NCBI GenBank assembly: GCA_958295815.1
Contig: OY282374.1
Location: forward strand, 311,416 to 375,415
Source of the DNA: Candidatus Poribacteria bacterium
GTDB lineage: Bacteria; Poribacteria; WGA-4E; WGA-3G
Reading direction: 5' to 3'
DNA: 64,000 bases
The notes below the pieces were generated by a model. It was not told the DNA's origin and did no database searches. It worked only from the letters and a program-made list of their open reading frames with translations. Both the position numbers and the translations under genes were made by a program. Shown here one piece after another: positions 1 to 9,583 of the stretch (the stretch's first letter is position 1; every line of letters begins with the position of its first letter).

Positions 1-49
1 CAGAAGAATGCATTGCACATCGTGGGTTATACACCCAGGAGGTGAACCG

Positions 50-832
50 ATGAAACTCAAGCTATTCCTTACACTCGCCTGCGCGGCTATTATTATCTTC
101 GCGGCGGCTTACACACAGATAGCATACGCGCAATCTATTGAAGATGGATTGGGCGGGCACTGGACTTTTGACAAAAGCGATACCGACGCGAAGGTAGCCA
201 AAGACGCTCTCGGTGAAAACGATGGGGAGATTAAGGGTGCCCCCAAAATTGTAGAAGGCATTGTCGGAGACGCACTTAGTTTCAACGGCAAAGAAGATTA
301 TGTCGTTATGGGTCCAGCCACCACCGGACAGGATGTTACCTACGCAATGTGGATTAAACCCGTAGCCTTACCCGACGCTCCAAAAGTCATCATCTGGGAC
401 GATGATCCACAAGGCGGCGGCGATTCATGGCTGGAACTCTTAGCGGACGGCACAATACAAACCCAAAGAGGTGGAGATGGGTTCGGGGTCTTCAAAACCG
501 CGACGTCTGTTGAAGCAGGCGAATGGACGCACGTCACGTTTGTCGCTGCTGGGGAGGACGAGAAAAAGTTCCTCTACCTCAACGGTGAACTCGATGCCGA
601 GGCAGATGGAAAGATAAACAGTCGCGAGACACGAAGCCACGTTGTTGTCGCAGTTGGACACGACCGCAATGCCTTTATCAAGCCCTTATATTTTGAGGGC
701 GAAATTGACGATGTTGCTGTCTACCATCGTGCGTTAGACAAAAAAGAAGTTGAAGAGAATTACCAAATCGCATTTGATGTTAAACCCGCAGGAAAACTCG
801 CTGTTACATGGAGTGCTATCAAAATGCGCTAA
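50..832 (+). CDS. Secreted LamG / concanavalin-A-like lectin domain protein
   Basis: ORF 8..832; the likely start is ATG at 50, preceded by AGGAGGTG at 38-45. Signal peptide MKLKLFLTLACAAIIIFAAAYTQIAYAQ. Body resembles LamG-type jelly-roll proteins (GEWTHVTFV, LYLNGEL, IDDVAVYHRAL). Confidence 0.6.
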   Translation: MKLKLFLTLACAAIIIFAAAYTQIAYAQSIEDGLGGHWTFDKSDTDAKVAKDALGENDGEIKGAPKIVEGIVGDALSFNGKEDYVVMGPATTGQDVTYAMWIKPVALPDAPKVIIWDDDPQGGGDSWLELLADGTIQTQRGGDGFGVFKTATSVEAGEWTHVTFVAAGEDEKKFLYLNGELDAEADGKINSRETRSHVVVAVGHDRNAFIKPLYFEGEIDDVAVYHRALDKKEVEENYQIAFDVKPAGKLAVTWSAIKMR

Positions 833-930
833 GTTTTTTGAAGACAGATCCGCCGTTGCTGGCAAGGTTTCCTAACCTCGCCAGCATTTCTCACACCAAT
901 TATAGACGTTCCCAACAGAGGTTTAACACC

Positions 931-1470
931 ATGTCAAAATTATACACTGAAATCCCTCAAAAACTACAGGAATTCATCGAAAACCAAAAAATATTTTTCG
1001 TCGCGACCGCTACAGCTGATAGCAGAATCAATCTATCGCCAAAGGGCATGGACTCCTTACGCGTCCTCGATCCAAATCGCGTTATCTGGTTAAACGTAAC
1101 AGGAAGCGGGAATGAAACCGCCGCGCACGTTCAAGAAAATCCTCGAATGACGCTTATGTTTACTGCATTTGAAGACAATCCCATGATCCTGCGACTTTAC
1201 GGTACTGCGAAGACTGTCCACAAAGATGATGCCGAATGGCAGCACCTCTCCCCGCTACTCCCCTCACAGCCGGGGGCACGACAAATCTTTGACCTCAATA
1301 TTGAACTTGTGCAAACTTCTTGTGGGATGGCTGTTCCGCTCTATGATTATGTCGGTGAAAGAGAGCAGCTAAATACATGGGCAACAAAGAAAGGTGAAGA
1401 AGGCGTAAAAGCGTATTGGCAAGAAACCAACCACACCAGTCTTGATGGAAAACCTACCCACTTCGCTTAA
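931..1470 (+). CDS. Pyridoxamine 5'-phosphate oxidase family (FMN-binding split-barrel) protein
   Basis: ORF 808..1470; ATG at 931 (MSKLYTEIPQKLQEFIENQKIFFVATA). FFVATA...INLSPKG and MTLMF...LRLYG resemble the PNPOx-like family. The upstream 40 codons overlap the previous gene and look non-coding. Confidence 0.6.
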   Translation: MSKLYTEIPQKLQEFIENQKIFFVATATADSRINLSPKGMDSLRVLDPNRVIWLNVTGSGNETAAHVQENPRMTLMFTAFEDNPMILRLYGTAKTVHKDDAEWQHLSPLLPSQPGARQIFDLNIELVQTSCGMAVPLYDYVGEREQLNTWATKKGEEGVKAYWQETNHTSLDGKPTHFA

Positions 1471-1481
1471 CTATTAAAAAT

Positions 1482-4085
1482 ATGAAATTACCGCTTGTCA
1501 TCATCACGCTTTTTATAACATGCCTGTCCGTCACACACGCGCTACCACCTGATCCTGAACTTCAAAGTGCAATCCAGACCGCACGGAAATTCAAGCGCCT
1601 CAAACCAAGGTACACTCTAAACGAAATAACAGAATGTGCAACCGATAGTTTTGTCACTCTCGCTAAAAATTGGCACAACTTACCCTCGGTGTATCGGCAG
1701 GAACTCAAACCAATTTTCCTACGTCCCGGACTTCCGGGCAGCTTTTTCGGCGAGATACAACTATCCGAACACTTCAACACGCCGCACTTCAGACTCCACT
1801 ATACGCGCGTCGGACCGCATGCACCACCACTTGAGGATTTCCATCCACGCAATGGAGTTCCAGATTACGTCGATCGTTGTGCCGATGCAATGGAACGCTC
1901 CTATCACATCCAGATCCACCTGATGGGATTCAAGGTCCCTTACATCGACTTTTGGGCAGCACAGAACGGCGGCAACCATAAATATGACGTCTATCTCTTT
2001 ACCTTTCCCGCGCTCGGCATCACAACCGCTGACTGGTTTGAAGGACGCATCTTATCCACAGCACTGACCGTCGCACCCTATTTCATGATCAATTCCCGTA
2101 TCTACGATTACGTCGGAAAAATGGAAGGACTTCGCTATCTCGACACAACTTGCACCCACGAATTCCTACACGGTGTACAGTTCGGGTACAACGCCTATAT
2201 GCCAACATGGTTCATGGAGGCATCCGCAACATGGATAGAAGCGATAACCTACGATGGCGGAGAAATTGATGATGGTGATAACCTCCCCGATCCAGATGAA
2301 CCCAACGAAACCAATTCCTATAACTACTACATCCATCAACTCCGCCGTTGGTTTCTAATTCCAGATATCTCGCTTGAAAGCCGTATCGGCGACCACGAAT
2401 ACGGATCCGTTATCTGGACATTGTATATAGCTGAACGGTTCGGCTACGATATCGTCCGACAGTTTTACCGGAACACCACCGATGGTAGTTATCGAGAGTT
2501 TGGAAATTTTTACGATGTTTTCACCGATAACGGCACAACCCTTGCCGAGGTGTTCAAAACCTTCACTGTATGGAATTATTTCACCCACACCCGTGCCAAT
2601 ACAACAACCCAAATACGCGGCTACAAGAACGCAAACCGTTTCCCACCAGTTGCCATTCATCCGAACGATGTTCACACCAGTTATCCAGTCCGCGCCGATT
2701 TCGATTCTGAGTCAATGCCTGAACATTTTTCATCACGGTATATTGTTTTCCGTCCTGCAGGGATTATGCCGGAATTCGCAATCAAAATTGATGGCGCGGA
2801 TATCGCGCCAATAGATCTACGTCGCCTGCCTCCTGAAGATCACGATGACATTCGGAGCGAACTGCAACGACTCAACAATACAGGTTTGCGTGGATGGGCT
2901 GCCAAATTTATCGTCAGAAAACGGGATGGTACGACTGAAATCAGGGAGGCGTTCACCTATCAACGTTCCCAAGAAGCGCAGATGACATTCAAAGATTTCG
3001 GGGGCGACATCAAGGAGATCACGCTTATCCTGATTAATATGCACCCCGATGTTGAACGTGTAATAATTCCGGGTGGAAGTTTCGGCGGTTTTGTCAGTTA
3101 TATAGCGGGAGCACCCCCTGCGGGAAGGCTGTCAAACGCACAGGTCTCTCAAGGCTCGAATGGACCTCTTGTGGCGTGGAATATTGACGATCCAACCGGT
3201 ATTCGGGAAGTCGCAATCGTCCGAAAACGCTACACACTACAGAGCGAGACAGATGTTCCACAACCTTTTCAGGTACCCGATGAAATCCTCGCTGCCGCTG
3301 ATCGTAACGACAACGGTATCCCTGATGACGATATAACTGTTGTCGGACGCATAGATGTCTCGCAAACGCGGTTTGAGGACACAACAGTTTTTGAAGGCAT
3401 TGATGTTGACAGTGATTCATTTGATCCCAACAATCTACATTATTACTACGCTGTTGTACCTGTTGACGCGATGGGACTTATGGGCACACCGAGTATTGTG
3501 CCAGACAGCATCACGCCTCAGGTAGATGCATCAAGTGGTGCTCCTGCCTTCTTTATTCATACACAACCGCACGGTACAGGTGAATGGAATGTTGAGGTGC
3601 AAAGCACGCAGCCTCTACAAAGCGCACCACACCTGACAGTAGAAAGCCCTGACAGAAACGGATATACTGTCTTTTTAACGCAGGAAACCGCAACAAAGTG
3701 GATCGGCAAACTCCGTACTGATGGATTTCCACCGACAGGGATCTATCTCTATAAAATCCGTGGGCAGACACCTACTGGCGTGAGCAGCACCCGAATTTGG
3801 CAAGGACAAACTTTTAGTTACGTTGCAAGTCACACGAATCGAAATGTCACAGTCGCACCCAACCCACTCCATGCTGGGCAAGGTAAGCATCTGACCTTCT
3901 ATCCGAAGGGATTAACCGTTGAAATCTACGATGCTTTGGGAAATTTAATTAAAGTGCTAAACGATGCCTCACAGTGGGATTGCACGAACGCACGCGGCGA
4001 AATGGTCTGCACCGGGCTATACTTTTTCCGGGCGACCGACGGAAACGGTTTCCAAAGTACCGGTAAATTCTGTGTGGTTAAATGA
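1482..4085 (+). CDS. Secreted HExxH metalloprotease-like protein with T9SS/FlgD-Ig-like C-terminal sorting domain
   Basis: 867-aa ORF with an N-terminal signal peptide. Zinc-binding-type motif THEFLHGVQ. The C-terminal ~75 aa (NPLHAGQ..LTVEIYDALGNLIKVL..GLYFFRATDGNG..GKFCVVK) matches the pattern of type-A T9SS / FlgD-like C-terminal domains. Confidence 0.6.
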   Translation: MKLPLVIITLFITCLSVTHALPPDPELQSAIQTARKFKRLKPRYTLNEITECATDSFVTLAKNWHNLPSVYRQELKPIFLRPGLPGSFFGEIQLSEHFNTPHFRLHYTRVGPHAPPLEDFHPRNGVPDYVDRCADAMERSYHIQIHLMGFKVPYIDFWAAQNGGNHKYDVYLFTFPALGITTADWFEGRILSTALTVAPYFMINSRIYDYVGKMEGLRYLDTTCTHEFLHGVQFGYNAYMPTWFMEASATWIEAITYDGGEIDDGDNLPDPDEPNETNSYNYYIHQLRRWFLIPDISLESRIGDHEYGSVIWTLYIAERFGYDIVRQFYRNTTDGSYREFGNFYDVFTDNGTTLAEVFKTFTVWNYFTHTRANTTTQIRGYKNANRFPPVAIHPNDVHTSYPVRADFDSESMPEHFSSRYIVFRPAGIMPEFAIKIDGADIAPIDLRRLPPEDHDDIRSELQRLNNTGLRGWAAKFIVRKRDGTTEIREAFTYQRSQEAQMTFKDFGGDIKEITLILINMHPDVERVIIPGGSFGGFVSYIAGAPPAGRLSNAQVSQGSNGPLVAWNIDDPTGIREVAIVRKRYTLQSETDVPQPFQVPDEILAAADRNDNGIPDDDITVVGRIDVSQTRFEDTTVFEGIDVDSDSFDPNNLHYYYAVVPVDAMGLMGTPSIVPDSITPQVDASSGAPAFFIHTQPHGTGEWNVEVQSTQPLQSAPHLTVESPDRNGYTVFLTQETATKWIGKLRTDGFPPTGIYLYKIRGQTPTGVSSTRIWQGQTFSYVASHTNRNVTVAPNPLHAGQGKHLTFYPKGLTVEIYDALGNLIKVLNDASQWDCTNARGEMVCTGLYFFRATDGNGFQSTGKFCVVK

Positions 4086-4909
4086 TGAAAAGTTATCAGT
4101 ATTCCATCATTATATTTCTCTTACTGTTTCTCGTGAGTTGTGGAGATGAAGGGTTAGTAGATCCACACGGCGAAACCACACTTCCCGCGCCACATACAAC
4201 GGGAGGTATCCACGCCATCGATTTTCCGACAGACACAGGCTCTGCATGGACCTATGTCAACGTTGACACCAATCAAGAATTCACACTCCGAATCGAGGGC
4301 ACACGCGACATCAGTGGAACAACACATCGGCAGATGACCATCAGCGAGTTGAGTCCTGTCGATCCAGACGTATTCAGTTATGAGGCTATTGACCACCTCG
4401 CAGCGAACGCATATTACTTTCGACTGGACACCGACTTTTTTGATGCCTTTCCGTTTCCGGTTTTGGCGACCTACTTTTTGAAGACTCGAGAGGCGTTGGT
4501 AGAATCTGCTTTCGACATTTTCCTTCCTATCGAAAATCCGGTATTTCACGCGAAGCATTTTCCGCCACGCCAGTTATGGGATTTTCCATTGACAGTTGGA
4601 AAGAGATGGACTGTTTTTGAGAAAACCGCCGGAATACCAGTCACAGTTACGCGCTATGTAGTCGAAAAAAACGTGCCAATTACCGTTCCCGCAGGCAGTT
4701 ACACGACCTATGTTGTACAGGAAGAAGTGGTTTATGGGGATAGCGAAGATCCATCGATTTTTCTGATTAGTCCACCGGCAATTTATTGGGTCGCACCATC
4801 AGTTGGGGTTGTCCGGTATCGCTACAACCGTTATCGCGCCACTGATGAATTCTCCGCACAAACCTTCGCACTCAAGAACGCGCATCTGCCCGGACCGAAT
4901 ACCGATTGA
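4082..4909 (+). CDS. Lipoprotein of unknown function
   Basis: 275-aa ORF. Its start overlaps the upstream stop (ATGA at 4082-4085), suggesting translational coupling. Lipobox-like signal IIIFLLLFLVSCG. Confidence 0.55.
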   Translation: MMKSYQYSIIIFLLLFLVSCGDEGLVDPHGETTLPAPHTTGGIHAIDFPTDTGSAWTYVNVDTNQEFTLRIEGTRDISGTTHRQMTISELSPVDPDVFSYEAIDHLAANAYYFRLDTDFFDAFPFPVLATYFLKTREALVESAFDIFLPIENPVFHAKHFPPRQLWDFPLTVGKRWTVFEKTAGIPVTVTRYVVEKNVPITVPAGSYTTYVVQEEVVYGDSEDPSIFLISPPAIYWVAPSVGVVRYRYNRYRATDEFSAQTFALKNAHLPGPNTD

Positions 4910-4968
4910 AATACCACGACAAATACTTTCGTTTTTGCACCTGTTGGAGTTTCTAATAGGAGTTTTTG

Positions 4969-6240
4969 ATGACACATGAACGTGCCTATGAAATTTTGGG
5001 TATATCTCCGAACACGCCGCTAAAAGATGCCAAAAAAGCGTATCGCACTTTAGCGAAAGTACATCATCCAGACAAGAATCCGACTCGCAATGCCGGTTCT
5101 ACGTTCCATTTAGTTCAGGAAGCTTGGAAGCACATTCAAGATGACCTTGAAGAGGAAGAAGTTGAAGCTGCTGAGGTAACCCCTCAGGATACAACCGAGT
5201 CAGAATTCAAAAAAGCTATCGAAAAACAGCGTCAGCTGTACAAAGAAGCTATGGAGTCCAAGCAACCTGAATGGAACACAATACAACGTGCTTACGAAGC
5301 CTACAGAGCGCACTTAGGGAACGGAACACCGCCAATTATTGAACTGCAAGGACCTGGAGAACTCTCGGACGGCAATGCTTATTATGGTGTTGATGATTTA
5401 CGATGTAATCGTTCTTATAAAAAAATGTCTTTTGGTGAGCACGATACCTACATCTGCCAGAGTAAAAGTCAGGCAGACGAAATCCTAATTGATGGACTTA
5501 ATTGCTCTGTTCAACTTTACCCCATTGGTCTTGAGAGGATTGTCCTGCTAAGGGATGCCGATGACACCCCTATATACAGGGATGGTATCTATAATTACAT
5601 AAAAACGCGCCAGTTTATCAGAGGCGAACTTCGAAATGTCTATATGCACTTGCAGTACAAAATCAAGGATACCCATAACGGTGTGTTTCCAGATCTTATC
5701 CACGGTGTTAACGCTATTATTTTGGAGAGAGATGTGAGCGAATGCACAAATCATAAGTCCGTTTATGACTACATTAAGAAGTGTAGTACCTCACCTGCAT
5801 CAAAATGGATTAACGAGGATCGTCCTGAGACGTTACCCGAGGGACTGCCTCGCGTCGCTTTCCGAATTAAGAAATACAGAAAAATTGAAATTCAGCCAGC
5901 TGGGGAAACTCGAACTAAGACAATTTTACAGAATAATTTCCCCTACATTTATCACCATCCTATAGAAATGCCTGATGCACAAGAGCTGCTTCCGCACAAA
6001 AGCGTTAGTCTTTCCTATGAGTCTAACGGATGGCGCGCATCGTGGAAAAAAGAAACACTCATGTGGCCAGATGGTGTTGAACGTGATACCTACCGTCGTC
6101 TCCATAAAGAACGTGATGGAGATCCCCCTAAGCAGGTCGATCCGCTTACACTCACTGGTAATGCTTTAGAGCAGTTTTCTTTAGAAAAATACCCGGATCT
6201 TGTTGATGGTTTAAACTGCCACGTGAGAATCTTTGATTAA
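4969..6240 (+). CDS. J-domain (DnaJ-like) protein with uncharacterised ~350-aa C-terminal region
   Basis: AYEILGISPNTPLKDAKKAYRTLAKVHHPDKN contains the HPD tripeptide of J domains. ATG at 4969 follows TAGGAG at 4957-4962. No Gly/Phe or Zn-finger region of canonical DnaJ is present. Confidence 0.75.
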   Translation: MTHERAYEILGISPNTPLKDAKKAYRTLAKVHHPDKNPTRNAGSTFHLVQEAWKHIQDDLEEEEVEAAEVTPQDTTESEFKKAIEKQRQLYKEAMESKQPEWNTIQRAYEAYRAHLGNGTPPIIELQGPGELSDGNAYYGVDDLRCNRSYKKMSFGEHDTYICQSKSQADEILIDGLNCSVQLYPIGLERIVLLRDADDTPIYRDGIYNYIKTRQFIRGELRNVYMHLQYKIKDTHNGVFPDLIHGVNAIILERDVSECTNHKSVYDYIKKCSTSPASKWINEDRPETLPEGLPRVAFRIKKYRKIEIQPAGETRTKTILQNNFPYIYHHPIEMPDAQELLPHKSVSLSYESNGWRASWKKETLMWPDGVERDTYRRLHKERDGDPPKQVDPLTLTGNALEQFSLEKYPDLVDGLNCHVRIFD

Positions 6241-6365
6241 CCTACTGGACTCTCCACTTATAAATTGTAGATGATTAGTTCGTAGTAGGGTGGTTCATCG
6301 CCCGTTGTAATCATGCATGGATGCCCGAACTTGTTCGGGTTTCCGGTAGGCGTTCAGAACAGATC

Positions 6366-7592
6366 ATGAGAACCCTTGCACATCGAAATATCCGTATTAC
6401 CATTGTTGGTGGCGGAATACACGGCGCATCTATCGCAATACGTCTACTCCGTGAAATACCAACAGCAGCAAGACATCTCGCCATTGTCGATCGACACCCG
6501 CAACCTCTTACCCAATGGCGGCGCAAAACGGAACGCCAAGGCATGACGTTTCTCCGTTCTCCTGCTGTTCATCATATCTCCCCGGATGCACTCGGTATCG
6601 TTGAATATGCCGAACGCCACAACCGAACAGATGAGTTAGCACCCCCGTATTCTCAACCCTCTACACAGCTCTTTTGGGACTTCTGCGATGGTATGCTTGC
6701 AGAATTTGAACAACACCAAGTCTATCATCAATTTGAAGTCGCTAAATTAAGGTGGGACAAAGGCGCAGGGAAATTTCCGTTTCGCCTAATCTCAGAGAAT
6801 AATGAAGGGTTTCGGAGTCGTTGCGTCATTCTTGCTGTCGGTGTTGACGATTGCCCTTACGTACCTGCGGAATTTGCCCAATGGCGGCACCAATATCCCA
6901 ATAGGATTTTACACGCCTCCGAATTTACTGTGGATTTTTGGGTTGAACAAGACGCCGAGGAATCTTTTGTTATTGTCGGGGGTGGATTGACGGCAGGAAC
7001 ACTTGCAAGAAGTCTCAGCGAGCGTGGACATAGTGTAGTGCTTATTGCTCGGAAGCCGCTAAAGACGGAGCAGTTTGATTTTCCACCGATCTGGTTGGGT
7101 CCAAAGGCACTCACCGAATTCGCAAGCGAGACCAGTTTTCAGAGGCGTTACGAGATTATTCAGCAAAATAGAGGGGAAGGGAGCATTACACCCGATATTA
7201 TGGAAACGTTGGAGGATGCCTCAAACATTAAAATCTATCCAGAGACCCGTATCCAGAATATCATTTCCGCCAAAGAAGGAAGTCCAACGCAAGGGCTGAA
7301 TGTTAAGACAAATCGTGGGGATATTATGAACGTCTCGCGTGTTATCCTCGCGACCGGGTATCAATTCAATCTTTGCCGTTACGGATTTTTGGGGGAATTA
7401 ATCACACAGCACCAGATCCCACTTGTATGTGGTTTACCACGCCTTGATGCCGACTTACAACTCTATCCAATTGAAAATCTATTCGGCTCTGGTACTATCG
7501 CGCAGCTTCAGATAGGTCCCGCTTCAGGCAATATCGCCGGTGCAAGTCTTGCTTATGAACGCCTCCGCGAAAAACTCCTTGCCCATCTGTAG
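6366..7592 (+). CDS. FAD/NAD(P)-binding oxidoreductase
   Basis: Two dinucleotide-binding motifs: RITIVGGGIHGASIA near the N-terminus and FVIVGGGLTAGTLA mid-protein. Start chosen at ATG 6366 (MRTLAH..). The stop codon TAG lies inside a TGTAGGAG repeat. Confidence 0.65.
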   Translation: MRTLAHRNIRITIVGGGIHGASIAIRLLREIPTAARHLAIVDRHPQPLTQWRRKTERQGMTFLRSPAVHHISPDALGIVEYAERHNRTDELAPPYSQPSTQLFWDFCDGMLAEFEQHQVYHQFEVAKLRWDKGAGKFPFRLISENNEGFRSRCVILAVGVDDCPYVPAEFAQWRHQYPNRILHASEFTVDFWVEQDAEESFVIVGGGLTAGTLARSLSERGHSVVLIARKPLKTEQFDFPPIWLGPKALTEFASETSFQRRYEIIQQNRGEGSITPDIMETLEDASNIKIYPETRIQNIISAKEGSPTQGLNVKTNRGDIMNVSRVILATGYQFNLCRYGFLGELITQHQIPLVCGLPRLDADLQLYPIENLFGSGTIAQLQIGPASGNIAGASLAYERLREKLLAHL

Positions 7593-7716
7593 GAGCGATC
7601 TTCATCGCTACGTGTGGCAACTGTTCGGATGGGTCTCCGTGCCCGTCCATCTTTCTGTAGGAGCGATCTCCGAATCGCGACCTTATGCCTGTCATCTTTC
7701 TGTAGGAGCAACCTTA
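7581..7716. repeat. Three degenerate tandem copies of a REP-like unit (CCATCT[TTCT]GTAGGAGCGATCT...ATCGC)
   Basis: Copies at about 7581-7612, 7641-7682 and 7688-7716. Each has the TGTAGGAGC core followed by a short inverted repeat (AGCGAT/ATCGCT). A related copy lies at 24095-24129. Confidence 0.6.
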
Positions 7717-7774
7717 TGGCGTCAACGCGTACCCAACAATATTCATAACCTGTTCAAATGCCCACATCCGTAGC
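7714..7774 (-). pseudogene. 3'-terminal remnant of a DUF4159-type gene (paralogous to the end of 15141..16109)
   Basis: The minus strand reads RMWAFEQVMNIVGYALTP*, compared with RMWAFEQGMNVVGYALTR* at the end of the intact gene. 51/56 nt are identical (7719-7774 vs 15146-15201), and the stop codon is at the equivalent position. Confidence 0.65.
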
Positions 7775-9559
7775 AACCAATTTTTCCCATCGTGGGAGAA
7801 AGGCTTCTGTTAAAAAACTGTCAAGCTGCCAAATGTTCTGTTGTGGATTTCTTTCAAAGAAGGTGCCCATCGCTAATACCAGAATATCTTTGAAGGCATA
7901 CGGTGTCTTAATCTGCGATAGGTCTTTGTAGGTTTGAATAAGTGCAGTGTGAATTCGGAGAAAGTTCAGTGCTGCGAAGCTGAATGCGTTCAGTTTCAAA
8001 TAACCGGCTTCACCTACCTTCACAGACTCCCAAGCCCATTCTGGTTGATAAAACGAGTGAAGCTGCTTCTTGCAGAGTTCAACAGCAGTGCTGAGAATTT
8101 CCGATAGTTCTTGGTGTTTTATCGTATCTTTTGGAATATCAAGTTTCTCGCAAATTTCCTTATGTAATTGCTGTTGCGTCGCTTCAGAGGCAACCCAGTT
8201 TTGGAAGATTTCGGAGGCGTGGACAAAGAAGGTACGCAGATCTACGAGTGTCAAATCCAGTTTGCTCGGAAACGCTTTGAGCAAGGAAGAACTCGGCAGC
8301 AGATGTTCTTGTTCAGGGTATAGTTCTAAGAACTTGTATTCTACCACATCTGCCAACATTTCAGCGAGAATGGGCGTAAAGGCAATGATTGCCCGTTCGT
8401 ACAATTCTGCATCGATGAATTGTTGTAGTTTGACTGGGTCAAGTTCTATTGTTCCTGCCTCAGTTTTGACAAATGTGTCAACGAGCGATGTCTGCTGCCC
8501 TAAAACGGAAGCCGTTTCTACTAAGGATAGTGGACGTTTGAATGAAGTCAATTCCGTGTAAGGTTCCTCAAAATCGAGTAAACTTTCCTGCCACTGATGT
8601 CCCCAAGTATCGTGGATTAAGTATTTGTCAAGTTCTCCTAAAGGGAGGACACCAATCATGCGCGTCAACGTTGATGTTATCAATTCCAAAGGCAATGCAG
8701 TATCGGCGGCGATTTTCTGACGCAAATTTAAGTCTAAATGTTCTGCATCAAAGGTTCCGAACACCGGGAAATGAGCAAACGGTTCAACTTCCCAAATTTT
8801 TCGCAGAAATTTTTCGTAATAGGCTTTGGAACGTTGTGGCGTGTTGTTTTCTTTACGCCGTTCATCAGCGGATGGACTCGATTCCTGTGTTTGCTCTCGT
8901 GGTTCAGGAGGGAGGCAAAAATAGAGCGCGGAGGAAGTTTTCACCAACTTTACCTCGCCTATTTCAAAGGGGGAATCCGGGTATAAAGACCGAAAAAGTT
9001 GTAGAATATCCGCGTCCAGTTTTGGGTTATCCGACACCAGATTGAAGTGAGTCTCTAAACTCTTCATAATTTGATGCCGATGCTGAAGTGGTCTCGTCCG
9101 TATAGACAGGTGCTCGGTTAACCTGTCCACCGTTTCCGAATCCAGATTGAAGGCATGTTGAAGTTCGGATTTTAGTTTGTCTTGTGCGTCAGAAGCTGTT
9201 GGGGCATCCGGTGTAAAGAGTGTAAAGATTTTAGAGCCAGCGGTATCTAAATTTTCAATCTCTGGATGATGTACGAGAGTCGGATAGTGTTCAAGGGATA
9301 ACCAGACGGCTTCAACAAAAGCAGTATCTAAAGTCTCATCATCACTATGTGTTGACGCCTCTTTCAAGAGCGCACGCGTCGATACCATCAATTCATTATG
9401 ATGTGTGTAGAACCTTTTAAGCGTTTCGCTTGAATCGGTTTTCTGCTCTTTTTTTTCTTTATTAATTTGCTGCGCCAATGCTTCAAATTTCTTTAAACGT
9501 TCTAAAATAGGTTCCCAGCTGCCAGGGATATTGTCGTAGTGCGATCTGTAGAGAGTCAT
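7754..9559 (-). CDS. Hypothetical 601-aa cytoplasmic protein (no family recognised)
   Basis: Long uninterrupted ORF preceded by AAGGA. No TM segment or signal peptide. Contains a possible metal-binding patch IHDTWGHQW. The last 7 codons and the stop are read, in another frame, from the DUF4159 remnant. Confidence 0.55.
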   Translation of the reverse strand: MTLYRSHYDNIPGSWEPILERLKKFEALAQQINKEKKEQKTDSSETLKRFYTHHNELMVSTRALLKEASTHSDDETLDTAFVEAVWLSLEHYPTLVHHPEIENLDTAGSKIFTLFTPDAPTASDAQDKLKSELQHAFNLDSETVDRLTEHLSIRTRPLQHRHQIMKSLETHFNLVSDNPKLDADILQLFRSLYPDSPFEIGEVKLVKTSSALYFCLPPEPREQTQESSPSADERRKENNTPQRSKAYYEKFLRKIWEVEPFAHFPVFGTFDAEHLDLNLRQKIAADTALPLELITSTLTRMIGVLPLGELDKYLIHDTWGHQWQESLLDFEEPYTELTSFKRPLSLVETASVLGQQTSLVDTFVKTEAGTIELDPVKLQQFIDAELYERAIIAFTPILAEMLADVVEYKFLELYPEQEHLLPSSSLLKAFPSKLDLTLVDLRTFFVHASEIFQNWVASEATQQQLHKEICEKLDIPKDTIKHQELSEILSTAVELCKKQLHSFYQPEWAWESVKVGEAGYLKLNAFSFAALNFLRIHTALIQTYKDLSQIKTPYAFKDILVLAMGTFFERNPQQNIWQLDSFLTEAFLPRWEKLVATDVGI

Positions 9560-9583
9560 AACTTTTTCCTTTGATTTTTCCTG

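Noticed and set aside
808-930. Upstream 41 codons of the ORF 808..1470
   Set aside because: This part overlaps the end of the LamG gene and precedes a good ATG (931) at the conserved family N-terminus. It is treated as non-coding.
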